A stretch of DNA of 64,000 nt. Origin: the human T2T-CHM13v2.0 reference genome, Homo sapiens. The position numbers and the translations under genes were made by a program. Below the pieces are notes generated by a model. The model had not been told where the DNA came from. It worked only from the letters and a program-made list of their open reading frames with translations, and ran no database searches. Positions 1-14,740 of this stretch are shown here, piece after piece (the first letter of the stretch is position 1; each line of letters starts with the position of its first letter). The stretch is taken from the NCBI RefSeq assembly GCF_009914755.1, contig NC_060934.1, one strand, 5' to 3'.

Positions 1-1620
1 TGGAATGTAAGTGAATGGAATAGAATGGATGGAATGGAATGGACTCAAATGTACTGGAATGGAATGGACATGAATGGAATAGAATGGAATGGAATCAAAA
101 GGAATGGAGTGGAATGGAATGGACTAGAATGGAATGGCATGGAAGGGACTCAAATAGAATGGAATGGAATTGAAAGAAATGTAATGAAACGTACCCAATT
201 GGAATGGAATGGAATGGAATGTAAGGTACTGGAAGGGAATGGAATGGAATGGAATGCAGTGGACTTGAATGGAAAGAATGGAAAGGATCGGAAAGGACTC
301 GATGGGAATGGAATGGAATGGACTCGAATGGAATTGAATGGACTCGAATGGAATGGAATGGAATTTAATTGAGCGGAGTCTAATGGAATGGAATCTAATG
401 GAATTCAATGGAATGGACTCGAACAGAATAGAATGGAATGGACTCGAATGGAATGGAATGGAATGGACTCAAATCTAATTGAATGGAATGGACTCGAATG
501 GAATGTAAAGGAATGGACTATAATGGAAAGGAATGGACTCGAACGGAATGGAATTGACTCAAAAGGAATGAAAAGGAATGGGATTTCTTCGAATGAAATG
601 GAATGGAATGGACTCGAACGGAATGGAATTCAATGGAATGGACTCGAATGGAGTGGAATGGACTCAAATGGAATGGAATGGAATTGAAGAGATTCGAATG
701 GAATGGAATGGAAAGTACTCGAATGAAATGGGTTGGAATGGAATGGAATCGAAAGGAATGGAATGGACTCAAATGGTATCAAATGGAACGGAATGGATTG
801 GAATGGAATGAAATGGAATGTACTTGAATGGAATGGAATGGACTCGAATGGAATGGAATAGAATGGAATGGATTAGACTCAAATGGAATTGAATGGAATG
901 GAATGTAGTGTGCTAGAATGGAATGTAACGGAATGGACATGAATGAAAAAGAATGGAATGGAATCAAATGGAATGGATTGGAATGGAATGGACTCGAATG
1001 AAATGGACACTAATGCAATGGAATGGACTCGAATGGAGTGGAAAAGAATGGACCCGAATGTAATGTAATGGAATGGAATGGATTGGAATGGAATGGAATG
1101 GACTGGAATGGAATGGAATGAAATGGAGTGGAATGGACATGAATGGAATAGAATGGATGGAATGGAATGGACTCGAATGGAATGGAATGGAATGGACACG
1201 AATGGAATAGAATGGAATGGAATCAAAAGGAATGGAGTGGAATGGAATGGACTCGAATGGAATGGCATGGAAGGGACTCGAAAAGAATGGAATGCACTTG
1301 AGTGAAAGGCAATGAAATGTAACAAATTGGAATGGAATGGAAGGTCCTGGAAGGGAATGGAATGGAATGGAATGCAATGGACTTGAATGGAAGAGAAAGG
1401 AATGGATCGGAAAGGACTCGATGGGAATGAAATGGAATGGACTCGAATGGAATTGAATGGACTCGAATGGAATGGAATGGAATTTCATTGAACGGACTCT
1501 AATGGAATGGAATCTAATGGAATGGAATGGAATGGACTCAAACTGAACAGAATGGAATGGACTCGAATGAAATGGAATGGAATGGACTCAAATGTAACGG
1601 AATGGAATGTATTCGAATGC
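1..1620 (+). repeat. Diverged ~1.12-kb-offset duplication (1-~500 vs ~1130-1620)
   Basis: Rare strings are shared at a similar offset: aatcaaaaggaatggagtgg (~92/~1222), gatcggaaaggactcgatggg (~286/~1406) and ctaatggaatggaatctaatgg (~380/~1499). ORF starts 388 and 1507 are 1119 bp apart. Confidence 0.75.
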
Positions 1621-3586
1621 AATGGAATGGAATTGAATGGTGTAGAAGGGAATGGAATGGAATGCAGTGGAATCGACTCGAATGGAATGGAATGGAATTG
1701 ACTCAAGGGGAATAGAATGGAATGCACCTGAATGGAATGGAATGGAATGGAATGGACTCGAATGGAATGGCATGAAGTGGAATGGACTCGAATGGAATGG
1801 AATGGAGTGGAATGGAATGGACTTGAATGGAATGGAATGGACTCGATAGGAATGGAAAGGAACGGAAAGGTGTGGTCTCGAATATAATGGAATGGAATGG
1901 AATTGCATGGAATGGAATGGACTCGAAAGGAATGGAATATAATTGCAATGACGCGAGTGGAATGGAATAGAATGGAATGGAAACGAATGTAATTTAACGG
2001 AATGGAATGGACTTGAATGGAATAGAATGGAATGGACCCGAACGGAATAGAATGGAATGGATCTTAAAGGAATGAAATCCAAAGGAATGGAAATGAGTCG
2101 AATGGAATAGAATGGAATGCAATGGAATGGAATGGAATGGAACGGAATGGACTCGAATGGAATGGAATGGAATGGAATGGACTCGAAAGGAATGGAAAGG
2201 AATGGACTCGAATGGAATGGAATGGACACAAACGGAATGGAATGGAATGGACTCTAATGGAATACAATGCAATTTACTGGAATGGACTCTAATGGAATGG
2301 AATGGAATGCACACGAATGGAATAGAGTGGAATGGACTCGAATGGAATTGAATGGAATGGAATGCACACGAATGTAATGGAAAGGAATTGTCTCCAATGC
2401 AATAGAAATGAGTGGACTTGAACAGAAGGGAATGGAACGGAATGGAATGGAATGGAAAGGACTCGAATGGAATGGAGTGGAATGGATTGGAATGGAATGA
2501 AGTGGAATGGAATGGAATGGAAAGGAATGGAATGGGATGGAATTGAACGGAATGGACTCGAATGGAATGGAATTCAATGGACCCGAATGGAATGGTATGG
2601 AATGGAATGGACTTGAGTCGAATACAATGGAATGCAATGGAATGGACTCAATGGGGATGGAATGCAATGTACTCAAATCGAATGGAATGCAACGGAATGG
2701 ACTCATATGGAATGGATTAGAATTGATTCGAATGGAATTCAATGGATTGGGCACGAATGGACTGGAAAGGAAAGGAATGGAATGGGCTCGAATGGAATGG
2801 AGTGGTATGGAATGGAGACGAATGGAATGGAATAGAATGATTGGAATGGAATGGAATGGACTGGAATGGAATGGCTTTGAATGGAAATGACTCGAATGGA
2901 ATGGAATGGACTCAAATGGAATAGCATGGAATGGAATGGATTCGAATGAAATGGAATGGAAAGGAATCGAAGGGAATGGAGTGGACACAAACAGAATGGA
3001 ATGGAGTGGAATGGACTCGAATGGAATAGAATGGAATGGACTGGAATGTAATGCAGTGGAATGGAATGGACTAGAATGGAATGGAATGGAATGGACTTGA
3101 ACGGAATGGAATGGACTTGATTGGTAAACAATTGAATGGAGTGGAATGGACTCAAAAGTAATGGAATGGAATGGACTCGGGTGGCATGGAAGGAGCACGA
3201 ATGGTATGGAATGGAAAAGAAAGGAATCGAATGGAGTACAATGGAATTTAATGGAATGGACCCTAGTGGAATGTAATGGAATGGACACCAATGGAATAGA
3301 ATGGAATGGAGGCCAATGGTATGGAATGTAATGGGTTGGACTCGAATGGAATTGACTCGAAAGGAATGGAATGGAATTGAATGATCTCGAAAGGAAAGTA
3401 ATGGAATGCAATGGAATGGACTCGAATGGAACGCAATGGACTGGACTCGAATGGAATGGAATGCAAAGGAATGGAATTGAATGCAATGGAATGGAATAGA
3501 CTCGAATGGAAGGGGATAGAAGGGAAGGGAATGGAATGGAATGGAATGGTATCAAGTCGAATGAAATGGATGAACTCGAATGGAAT

Positions 3587-3601
3587 GGAATGTTCTTGAA
3601 T
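3587..3601. promoter_or_regulatory. Perfect three-unit heat-shock-element consensus match (nGAAnnTTCnnGAAn); function unproven
   Basis: The sequence gGAAtgTTCttGAAt lies at 3587-3601. Confidence 0.3.
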
Positions 3602-6600
3602 GGAACGCAATGGAATGGACTCGAATGGAATGGAATGCAACGGACCCGAATGGAATGGAATGGAATGAAATGGAATGAAAGCAAATGGAATAGAATGGAA
3701 TGAAATCGAATGGAATGGAGTGGAAAGGAACGGACTCGAATGGTTTAGAATGGAATGGACTCGAATGGAATGGAATGGACTCAAACGGAATGGAATGGAA
3801 TGGAATGGGATCAAATGGAATTGAATAGAATGGAATGCAATGCACTCGAGTGGAATGGAATGGAATGGATTCGTATGGAATGCGATGGAATTGAATGAAC
3901 TGCAATAGAAGGGAATGGAATGGACTCGAATTGTATGGAAAGGAGTAGACTAAAACGGAAAGGAATAGACTCAAAATGAATGGAATGGAATGGAATCCAC
4001 TCTAGTGGAATGGAACGAAATGGAATAGACTAGAATGGAATACAAAGGAATGGAATGGAATGGACTCGAATGGAATGGAATGGAAAGTACTTGAAAGGAA
4101 TGGAATGGAAGAGAATGGAATGGAATAGACTCGAATGGAATGGAATGGAATTGAAACGAAAGGAATGCAATGGACTCAGATGGAATGGAAATGAGTCGAG
4201 TGTAATGGAATGGAATGTAATGGAATGGAACGGACCCGAATGGAACAGAAAGGAATGGAATGGAATGCACTCGAATGGAGTGGAATGGAAAGGAATGGAA
4301 TGGAATGGAATGGACTCGAATAGAATGGAATAGAATGGACCTGAATGGAAAGGAAAGGAATGTAATGGAATGGAATAAAATTGAATGGAATGGAAAGGTA
4401 TGGAATGGAATGGAATGCAATGGAAAGGAAAGGAATGGAATGGAATGGAATGAAATGGAATGAAATGAAATGGAATGGTATGGAATAGAATGGGCTTGAA
4501 TGGAATAGAATGGAATGGAATGGAAAGCAATGGACCTGAATTTCAAGGATTGGAATGGAAACGATTCAAGTGGAATGGAATGGACTCGAATGGAATGGAA
4601 TGGAATGGACCCAAGTGGAATGGAAGGGAATGGAATGGACTGGAATCGAATGGAATGAAATGGAATGGAATGGACTCGAATGGAATAGGTTGGAATGGAA
4701 ATGAATGGAAAGGAGTGGAATGGAATGGAATGGAATGAAATGGAATGGAATGGACTTGATTGGAAAAGAATGGAATGGAATGAAAAGAAATCGAAATTAA
4801 TGGAATGGAATGGAATCTTGTGGATTGGAATGGACTCGAATGGAATGGAATGGAATAGAATTGACTCGAATGGAATACAGTGGAATTTAATGGAATGGAC
4901 TCCAATGGAATTTAATGGAAGGGACTCGAATGGAATAGAATGGAATGGAATAGAATGGAATGGAATCCAATGGAATGGACTACAATGGAATGGACTCAAA
5001 AGTATTGGACTCGAATGGAATGGAATGGATTTCAATGGTCTTGAAAGGAATGGAATGGAATGGAATGGACTAGAATGGAATGAAATGCACTGCACTCGAA
5101 TGGAATGGAATTGAATGCAATGGAATGGACTCAAGTAGACTGGAATGGAAAGGAATGAAATGAAATGGAATGAACTTGAATGGAGTAGAATGGAATGGAA
5201 TGCACTCGAATGGAATGGAATGCACTCAAATGGAATGGAATGGAATTTAATGGAATGGACTCTAATGGAATGGAATCAAATGGAACGGAAAGGAATGGAC
5301 TCGAATGGAATCAAATGGAATGGACTCGAATGGAATCAAATGGAATAGACTCGAAGAGAATGGAATGAAAAGGAATGGACTCGAATGGAATGGAATGGAA
5401 TTGACTCGATTGGAATTGAATGTAATGGACTTGAATGGAATAGAATGGGATGGACTCGAATGGAATGGTGTGGAATGGAATGGAATCGAGTGGAATGGAG
5501 TGGAATGGACTCGAATGAAATGAAATTGAATAGACTCTATTTGAATGGAATGGAATGGAATGAAATGGACTCGAATGGAATGGAATGGAATGGTCTTGGA
5601 CCGAATGGAATGGAATGAAAAGGAATGGAATGGAATGGAATGGAATGGCATGGAATGAAATGGAATGGAATGGAATGAAATTGAATGGAATGAAGTGGAA
5701 TACACTCAAGTGGAATGGAATTGAATGGACCCGAATAGAATGGAATGGAATGGAATGGACTCGAATGGAATGGAAAGGAATGGAACTGAAGGGAATGGAA
5801 TGCAATGGAATGGATTTGAATGGAATGGAATGGAAAGGACTCGAATGAAACACAACGGAATTTAATGGAATGGTCTATAATAGAATTGAATGTTGTGGAC
5901 TTGAATGGAATAAAATGGACTGGACACGAATGGAAGGGAATGCAATGGAATGAACTCGAATGGAATGAAATGGAATGGATTTGAATGGAATGAAATGGAA
6001 TTGAATGATCTCAAAAGGATTGGAATGCAATGCAATGCAATGGACTCGAATGGAATGGAGTGGAATTGACTCGAATGGAATTGAAAGAAATGGACATTGG
6101 AATGGAATGGAATGGACTCGAATGGAATGGAAAGGAATGGAATCGAAGGGAATGGAATGCAATGGAATGGATTCGAATGGAATGGAATGGAATGGACTCG
6201 AATGGAATGGGTTGGAATGGAATGGACTCGCATGGAACGGAATGGCACGAAATCAAATGGTACAGAATGGAATGGAATAGACTCGAATGAAATGGGATTG
6301 AAAGGACTCAAATGGAATGGAATGGAATAGAACGGATTCAAATGTAATAGAATGGAATGGACTTGAATGGAATGGAGTGGAATGGAATGGACTCGAATGG
6401 AATGGAGTGCAATTGAAATGAATAGAATGGAATGGAAATGATTGGAGTCGAATGGAATGGATTGTAACGGAATAGAAAGTACTCGAATGGAATGGAAGGT
6501 AATGGCATGAAATTTACTCGAATAGAATGGAATGGAGTGGAATGGAATGGAATAGATTCGAATGGAATTCAACGGAATGGAATGCAATGGAGTGAAACGG

Positions 6601-9600
6601 AATGGAATGGATTTGAATGGAATAGAATGGATTGGAATGGAATGGACTCGAAGGAAAAGGAATGGAATGGAATCGAAAGGAAAGGAATGGAATTTAACAG
6701 AATGGAGTCTAATGGCATGGAATCTAATGGAATGGAATGAAATGGACTCGAATGGAATGGAATGGAATGGACTCCCAAGGAATGCAATGCAATGGAATGG
6801 ACTCGAATGGAATGGAATGGAATTGACTCGAATGAAATTGAATGGAATGGACTTGAGTGCAATAGAATGGAAAGGACTCGAAAGGAATGGTGTGGAATGG
6901 AAGGGATTCGAATGGAATGGAGTGGATTGGACTCGAATGGAATGGAATTGAATGGACACGATTGGAATGGAATACATTGGAATGAAATGGATTTGAAAGG
7001 AATGGACTGGAATGGAATGGTCACGGATGGAATGGAATGAAATGGAAAGGACTCGAATGAAATACAACGAAATTTAATCGAATGGACTCTAATGTAACGG
7101 AATGTTGCGGGCTCCAATGGAATAAAATGGACTATACACGAATGGAATGGACTCGAATGGAATGGAATGGACTCGAATGGAATGGAATGGAACGGATCCA
7201 AAGGTCATAGAATGGAATGGACTCGAATGGAATGGAATGGACTCGGATGGAATGGAAAGGAATGGAATGGATTCAAATGTAATAGAATGGATTGGACTCG
7301 AATGAAATCGAATGGGATGCAGTCGAATGAAATGGAATGGAATGGAATGGATTCCAATGTAATAGAATGGAATGTACTCGAATGGAATGGAAGGTAATGG
7401 AATGGAATGGAATCAAATGGAATGGAATGGAAAGGAATAGAATGGACTGGAATGGAATGGAATGAAATGGAATGGAACTGACTTGAATGGAATAGAATGC
7501 AATGGAATGGTATGAAATCAAAGGGAATGGAATGGAATGGTCTCGAATGGAATGGAATGGACTCGAATGGAAGGGAATGGAATTTAATAGAATGGACCCA
7601 ATGGGATGGAATCTAAAGGAATGGAATGGAATGGACTCGAATGGAATGGAATGGATTGGAATCAAATGCTATGGAATGCAATGGAATGGACTGGAAAGGA
7701 ATGGAATAGAATTGACTTGAATGGAATTGAATGGAATGGACACGAATGGAACAGAATGGGATGGACTCCAATGGAATGGTGTGGAACGGAATGGACACGA
7801 ATGAAATGGAGTGGAATAGACTCAAATGGAATGGAACTGAAATGACATGATTTGTATGGAATGTAGTGGAGTAAATTGGACTCGAATGGAATGGAATGGA
7901 ATCGAATGGTCTCGGATGGAATGGAATGGAATGGAATGGAATGGAATGGTTTGGAATGGACAGAAATGGAAGGGAATGGATAGGAACAGAAAGGAATGCA
8001 ATGGAATGCAATGGACTCGAATGGAATGAAATGGAATGGAACCTATTTAAATGGAATGGAATGGAATGCTCACGAATGGAATGAAATGGAATGGAAAGGA
8101 CTCAAATGGAATGGAATGGAATGGAATGGAATGGACTCGAATGAAATACAACAGAATTGAAAGAAATGGACTCTAATGGAATGAAATGTTGTGGACTTGA
8201 ATGGAATAAGATGGACTTTACTCAAATAGAATGGAATGAAATTGAATGGACTCGAACTGAATGGAATGGAATGGATGCGAATGGAATGAAATGGAATTGA
8301 ATCGACTCGAAGGGATTGGAATGCAAAGCAATGGAATGGACTCGAATGGATTGCAATGGAATTGACTCGAATGGAATTGAATGGATTGGACCTGAATGGC
8401 ATGGAATGGAATGCAATGGAATGGAATCAAATGGAATGGAATGGAATCGAATCGAATGGAATGGTATGGATTCGAATGGAATGGAATGCAATGGACTCGA
8501 ATGAAATGGATTCGAATGGAATGGAATGCAATGGACTCGAATGAAATGGGTTGGAATGGAATGGACTCGAATGGAAAGGAATGGAATGTAACCAAATGGT
8601 ATAGAATGGAATGGAATGGACTCGAATGAAATGGAATGGAATGGACTCGAATGGAATGGAATAGGATGGAACAGATTCAAATGTAATAGAAGAGAATGGA
8701 CTGTAATGGAATGGAGAGAAATGGAATGGACTCGAATGGAATGGAGTGCATTGGAAACGAATAGATGGAATGGAAATGAATGGACTCGAATGGAATTGAA
8801 TGTAACGGAATGGAATGTACTCGAATGGAATGGAAGGTAATGGAATGTAATTTATGCGAATGGAAAGGAATGGAATGGAATGAAATGGAATGGAATCGAA
8901 TGGCATTGAATGGCATGGAATAGAATGGAATGGAATGGAATGGAGTGGAATCGACTGGAATGGAATGGAATGAAATGGAATAGAATGGACTTGAATGAAA
9001 TAGAATGGAATGGAATGGAGTGGAATGGAATGGAATGGAAAGGAATGGATTCGAAGGGAATGGAATGAAATGGACTCGAATGGAATGGAATGGACTAGAA
9101 AGGAAGGGCATGTAATGTAATAGAAAGGACCCTAATGGAATGGAATCTAATGGAATGGAATCGAATGGAATTGAATGGAATGGAATTGACTCGATTGGAA
9201 TGGAACACAATGGAATGGACTCGAATGTAATGGAATGGATTGGAATGGACTAGAAAGGAATTGAAAGGAATGGACACGAATGGAATAGAATGTGATGGAC
9301 TCGAATGGAATGGTGTTGAATGGAATGGACTTTAATGGAATGGAGTGTTAAGGACTCGAATGGATTGGAATTGAATGGATTCTTCTGGAATGGAATGGAT
9401 TGGAATGAAATGGACTAGAATGGAATGGAATGGAATGGAACCGAACAGAATGAATTGGAATGGAATGGAACGGACTCGAATGGAATGGAATGGAATGGAA
9501 TGGAATGAAATGGAATAGAACGGACTGCAATGGAATGGAGTGGAATGGAACAGACTCCAATGGATTGGAATGGAATGGATTCGAATTGAATAGAAAGGAA

Positions 9601-12600
9601 TGGAAAGGAATGGACTTGAATGGAATGGAATGGAAAGGCATAGAATCCAAAGGAGTGGACTGGAATGGAAAAGAATGTAATGGCGTGGAAACAAATGGAA
9701 TGGAGTTGAATGGAATGGACCCGAATGTATGTCATGGAATCAAATGGAATCGACACAAACAGAATGGAATGGAATGGAATGGACTGGGATGGAATGGAAT
9801 GGAATGGAATGGAATGGAATGGAATGGTATGGAAGGAAAAGGAATGGAATGGAATGGACTCAAACGGAATGGAATGGAATTGAATGGACTCAAAAGGAAT
9901 GGAATTGAATGGAATTCAATGGAATGGAATGGACTCGAAAGGAATGGAATTGAATGGAATGCAAAGGCATTCAATGGAATGGAATGGAATGGAATGGAAG
10001 GGAATGGATTGGACTCGAATGGAATGGAGTGGAATGGGCTCGAATGGAAAGAAATAGAATGGACTCGAATGGAATGGAACGGGATGGAACAGGTTCACAT
10101 GTAATAGAAGACAATAGACTCGCATGGACTGGCGTGGAATGGAATGGATTGGAATGGATTGGAGTGCAATGGAAACGAATAGAAAGGAATGGAAATGAAT
10201 GGACTCGCATGGAATGGAATGTAACAGAATGGAATGTACTCGAATGGAATGGAAGGTAATGGAATGAAATTTATTCGAATGGAAAGGAGTGGAATAGAAT
10301 GGAATGGAATGGAATGGAATGGAATGGAACAGAATAGAATGGAATAGAAAGGAATGGAATGGAATGGCATGAAATGTAATGGACTGGACTTAAAATGGAA
10401 TAGAATGGAATGGAATGGAAAGGACTAGAAGGGAATGGAATGGAATGGACACGAATGGAATGGAATGGACTCGAAAGGAAGGGGATGGAATGTAATAGAA
10501 TGGACTCTAGTGGAAGGGAATCTAATGGAATTGAATGGACTTGGATGGAATGGAATGGAATGGACTCGAATGGAATGGAATGCAATCGAATGGACTCAAA
10601 TGGAATGGAATGCAATTGAGTAGAAAATAATTGAATGGCATGGACTAGAATGTAATAGAATGTAATGGACTCCAGTGGAAAGTTGTCGAATGGAATGGAC
10701 TCATATGGAATGGAGTGGAATGGACTAGAATGGAATGGAATTGAATGGACGCGATTGGAATGGAAGATATTCTAATGAAGTGGACTCGAATGGAATGGAA
10801 TTGAGTGATCTCGATTGGAATGGAATAGATTCTAAGAAATGGACTAGAATGGAATGGAATGGAATGGACCAGAACCGAAAGAGTTGGAATGGAATGGAAT
10901 GTAATTGAAAGGAATGGAATGGAATGGAATGGAATGGAATGGAAAGGAATGGAATGGAATGGAATGTCCTCAAAAGGAATTGAATGGAATGGAACGGATT
11001 CGAATGGAATGGAATGGAATGGACTCGAATGGAATAGAAAGAATGGAAAGGAATAGACTTGAACAGAATGGAATGGAATGGCATAGACTCGAAAGGAATG
11101 GATCCGAATGTAATGTCATGGAATCAAATGGAATGGACTCGAATGGAATGGAATGGAACTGACTCGAATGAAATTGAATGGAATGGACTTGAGTGGAATA
11201 GAATGGAAAGGACTCGAAAGGAATGGTGTGGAATGCAAGGTATTCGAATGGAATGGAGTGGATTGGACTCGAATGGAATGGAATTGAATGGACTCGATTG
11301 GAATGGAATACAATGGAATGAAATGGATTCGAAAGGAATGGACTGGAATGGAATGGTCACGGATGGAATGGAAAGGACTCGAATGAAATACAACGGAATT
11401 TAATCGAATGGACTCTAATGTAACGGAATGTTGTGGACGCCAATGGAATAAAATGGACTATACACGAATGGAATGGACTCGAATGGAATGGAATGGAATG
11501 GAATGGAACGGATCCAAAGGTCATAGAATGGAATGGACTCGAATGGAATGGAATGGACTCGGATGGAATGGAAAGGAATGGAATGGATTCAAATGTAATA
11601 GAATGGATTGGACTCGAATGGAATCGAATGGGATGCACTCGAATGAAATGGAATGGAATGGAATAGATTCAAATGTAATAGAATGGAATGTACTCGAATG
11701 GAATGGAATGGAATCAAATGGAATGGAATGGAAAGGAATAGAATGGACTGGAATGGAATGGAATGAAATGGAATGGAACTGACTTGAATGGAATAGAATG
11801 CAATGGAATGGTATGAAATCAAAGGGAATGGAATGGAATGGTCTCGAATGGAATGGAATGGACTCGAATGGAAGGGAATGGAATTTAATAGAATGGACCC
11901 AATGGGATGGAATCTAATGGAATGGAATGCAATGGACTCGAATGGAATGGAATGGATTGGAATCAAATGCTATGGAATGCAATGGAATGGACTGGAATGG
12001 AATGGAATAGAATTGACTTGAATGGAATTGAATGGAATGGACACGAATGGAACAGAATGGGATGGACTCCGATGGAATGGTGTGGAACGGAATGGACACG
12101 AATGGAATGGAGTGGAATAGACTCAAATGGAATGGAACTGAAGGGACATGATTTGTATGGAATGTAGTGGAATAAATTGGACTGGAATGGAATGGAATGG
12201 AATCGAATGGTCTCGGATGGAATGGAATGGAATGGTTTGGAATGGACAGAAATGGAAGGGAATGGATAGGACCAGAAAGGAATGGAATGGAATGCAACGG
12301 ACTCGAATGGAATGAAATGGAATGGAACCTATTCTAATGGAATGGAATGGAATGGTCACGAATGGAATGAAATGGAATGGAAAGGACTCAAATGGAATGG
12401 AATGGAATGGAATGGACTCGAATGAAATACAACAGAATTGAATGAAATGGACTCTAATGGAATGTAATGTTGTGGACTTGAATGGAATAACATGGACTTT
12501 ACTCAAATGGAATGGAATGAAATTGAATGGACTCGAACTGAATGGAATGGAATGGATGCGAATGGAATGAAATGGAATTGAATCGACTCGAAGGGATTGG

Positions 12601-14559
12601 AATGCAAAGCAATGGAATGGACTCGAATGGATTGGAATGGAATTGACTCGAATGGAATTGAATGGATTGGACCTGAATGGCATGGAATGGAATGCAATGG
12701 AATGGAATCAAATGGAATGGAATGGAATCGAATCGAATGGAATGGTATGGATTCGAATGGAATGGAATGCAATGGACTCGAATGAAATGGGTTGGAATGG
12801 AATGGACTCGAATGGAAAGGAATGGAATGTAACCAAATGGTATAGAATGGAATGGAATGGACTCGAATGAAATGGAATGGAATGGACTCGAATGGAATGG
12901 AATAGGATGGAACAGATTCAAATGTAATAGAAGAGAATGGACTCTAATTGAATGGAGAGAAATGGAATGGACTCGAATGGAATGGAGTGCATTGGAAAAG
13001 AATACACGGAATGGAAATGAATGGACTCGAATGGAATTGAATGTAACGGAATGGAATGTACTCGAATGGAATGGAAGGTAATGGAATGTAATTTATGCGA
13101 ATGAAAGGAATGGAATGGAATGAAATGGAATGGAATCGAATGGCATTGAATGGCATGGAATAGAATGGAATAGAGTGGAATGGAGTGGAATCGACTGGAA
13201 TGGAATGGAATGATATGGAATAGAATGGACTTGAATGAAATAGAATGGAATGGAATGGAATGGAATGGAAAGGAAATGGATTCGAAGGGAATGGAATGAA
13301 ATGGACTCGAATGGAATGGAATGGACTAGAAAGGAAGGGCATGTAATGTAATAGAATGTAGCCTAGTGGAATGGAATCTAATGGAATGGAATCGAATGGA
13401 ATTGAATGGAATGGAATTGACTCCATTGGAATGGAACACAATGGAAAGGACTCGAATGGAATGGAATGGAATGGAATTGACTAGAAAGGAATTGATAGGA
13501 ATGGACACGAATGGAATAGAATGTGATGGACTCAAATGGAATGGTGTTGAATGGAATGCACTTTAATGGAATGGAGTGTTATGGACTCGAATGGATTGGA
13601 ATTGAATGGACTCTTCTGGAATGGAATGGATTGGAATGAAATGGACTAGAATGGAAAGAAATGGAATGGAACGGAACAGAATGAATTGGAATGGAATGGA
13701 ACGGACTCGAAAGGAATGGAATGGAATGGAATGGAATGGAATGAAATGGAATAGAATGTACTGCAATGGAATGGAGTGGAATGGAACAGACTTCAATGGA
13801 TTGGAATGGAATGGTTTCGAATTGAATAGAAAGGAATGGAAAGGAATGGACTTTAATGGAATGGAATGGAATGGCATAGAATCCAAAGGAGTGGACTGGA
13901 ATGGACAAGAATGTAATGGCGTGGAATCAAATGGAATGGAGTTGAATGGAATGGAACCGAATGTATGTCATGGAATCAAATGGAATCGACTCGAACAGAA
14001 TGGAATGGAATGGAATGGACTGGGATGGAATGGAATGGAATGGTATGGAAGGAAAAGGAATGGAATGGAATGGACTCAAACGGAATGAAATGGAGTTGAA
14101 TGGACTCAAAAGGAATGGAAATAAATGGAATTCAATGGAATGGAGCGGACTCGAAAGGAATGGAATTGAATGGAATGCAAAGGCATTCAATGGAATGGAA
14201 TGGAATGGAAGGGAATGGATTGGACTCAAATGGAATGGAGTGGAATGGGCTCGAATGGAAGTTAATAGAATGGACTCGAATGGAATGGAACGGGATGGAA
14301 CAGATTCACATGTAATAGAAGAGAATGGACTCGCATGGACTGGCGTGGAATGGAAAGGATTCGAATGGAATGGAGTGCAATGGAAACGAATAGAAAGGAA
14401 TGGAAATGAATGGATTCGCATGGAATGGAATGTAACAGAATGGAATGTACTCGAATGGAATGGAAGGTAATGGAATGAAATTTATTCGAATGGAAAGGAA
14501 TGGAATAGAATGGAATGGAATGGAATGGAATGGATTGGAATAGAATGGAATAGAATAGA

Positions 14560-14740
14560 TTGGAATAGAAAGGAATGGAATGGAATGGAATCAAATGTAA
14601 TGGACTGGACTTAAAATGGAATAGAATGGAATGGAATGGAATTGAATGGAATATAATAGAATGGAATAGAAAGGAATGGAATGGAATGGAATGAAAGGTA
14701 ATGGACTGGACTTAAAATGGAATAGAATGGAATGGAATGG
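14560..14740 (+). repeat. ~101-bp local duplication of the ggactggacttaaaatgg block (also at 18010-18190, ~106 bp)
   Basis: cttaaaatgg occurs at ~14610 and ~14711, and again at ~18061 and ~18167. It is single-copy in the other units that contain this block. Confidence 0.8.

Larger units (their letters stand above)
1..6790 (+). repeat. Older, heterogeneous HSat3 layer lacking the regular ~4.3-kb unit
   Basis: The unit landmarks (aaatgctatgg, gactcttctgg, gaagatattct, ggatccaaagg) are absent. Only diverged relatives appear, e.g. tgttgtggacttgaatggaataaaatgg at ~5891 and gaaggtaatggcatgaaatttactcg at ~6495. Colinearity with the next unit (offset ~4.3 kb) begins at ~6790-6820. Confidence 0.7.

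Noticed and set aside
10615-10840. AT-rich, non-GGAAT-looking patches (gagtagaaaataattg, aaagttgtcg, gaagatattct, attctaagaa) as possible inserted foreign DNA
   Set aside because: They stay in or near the 5-bp phase, align to paralogous pentamer variants and recur in most units. No target-site duplications, poly-A tails or Alu/L1 sequence were seen.
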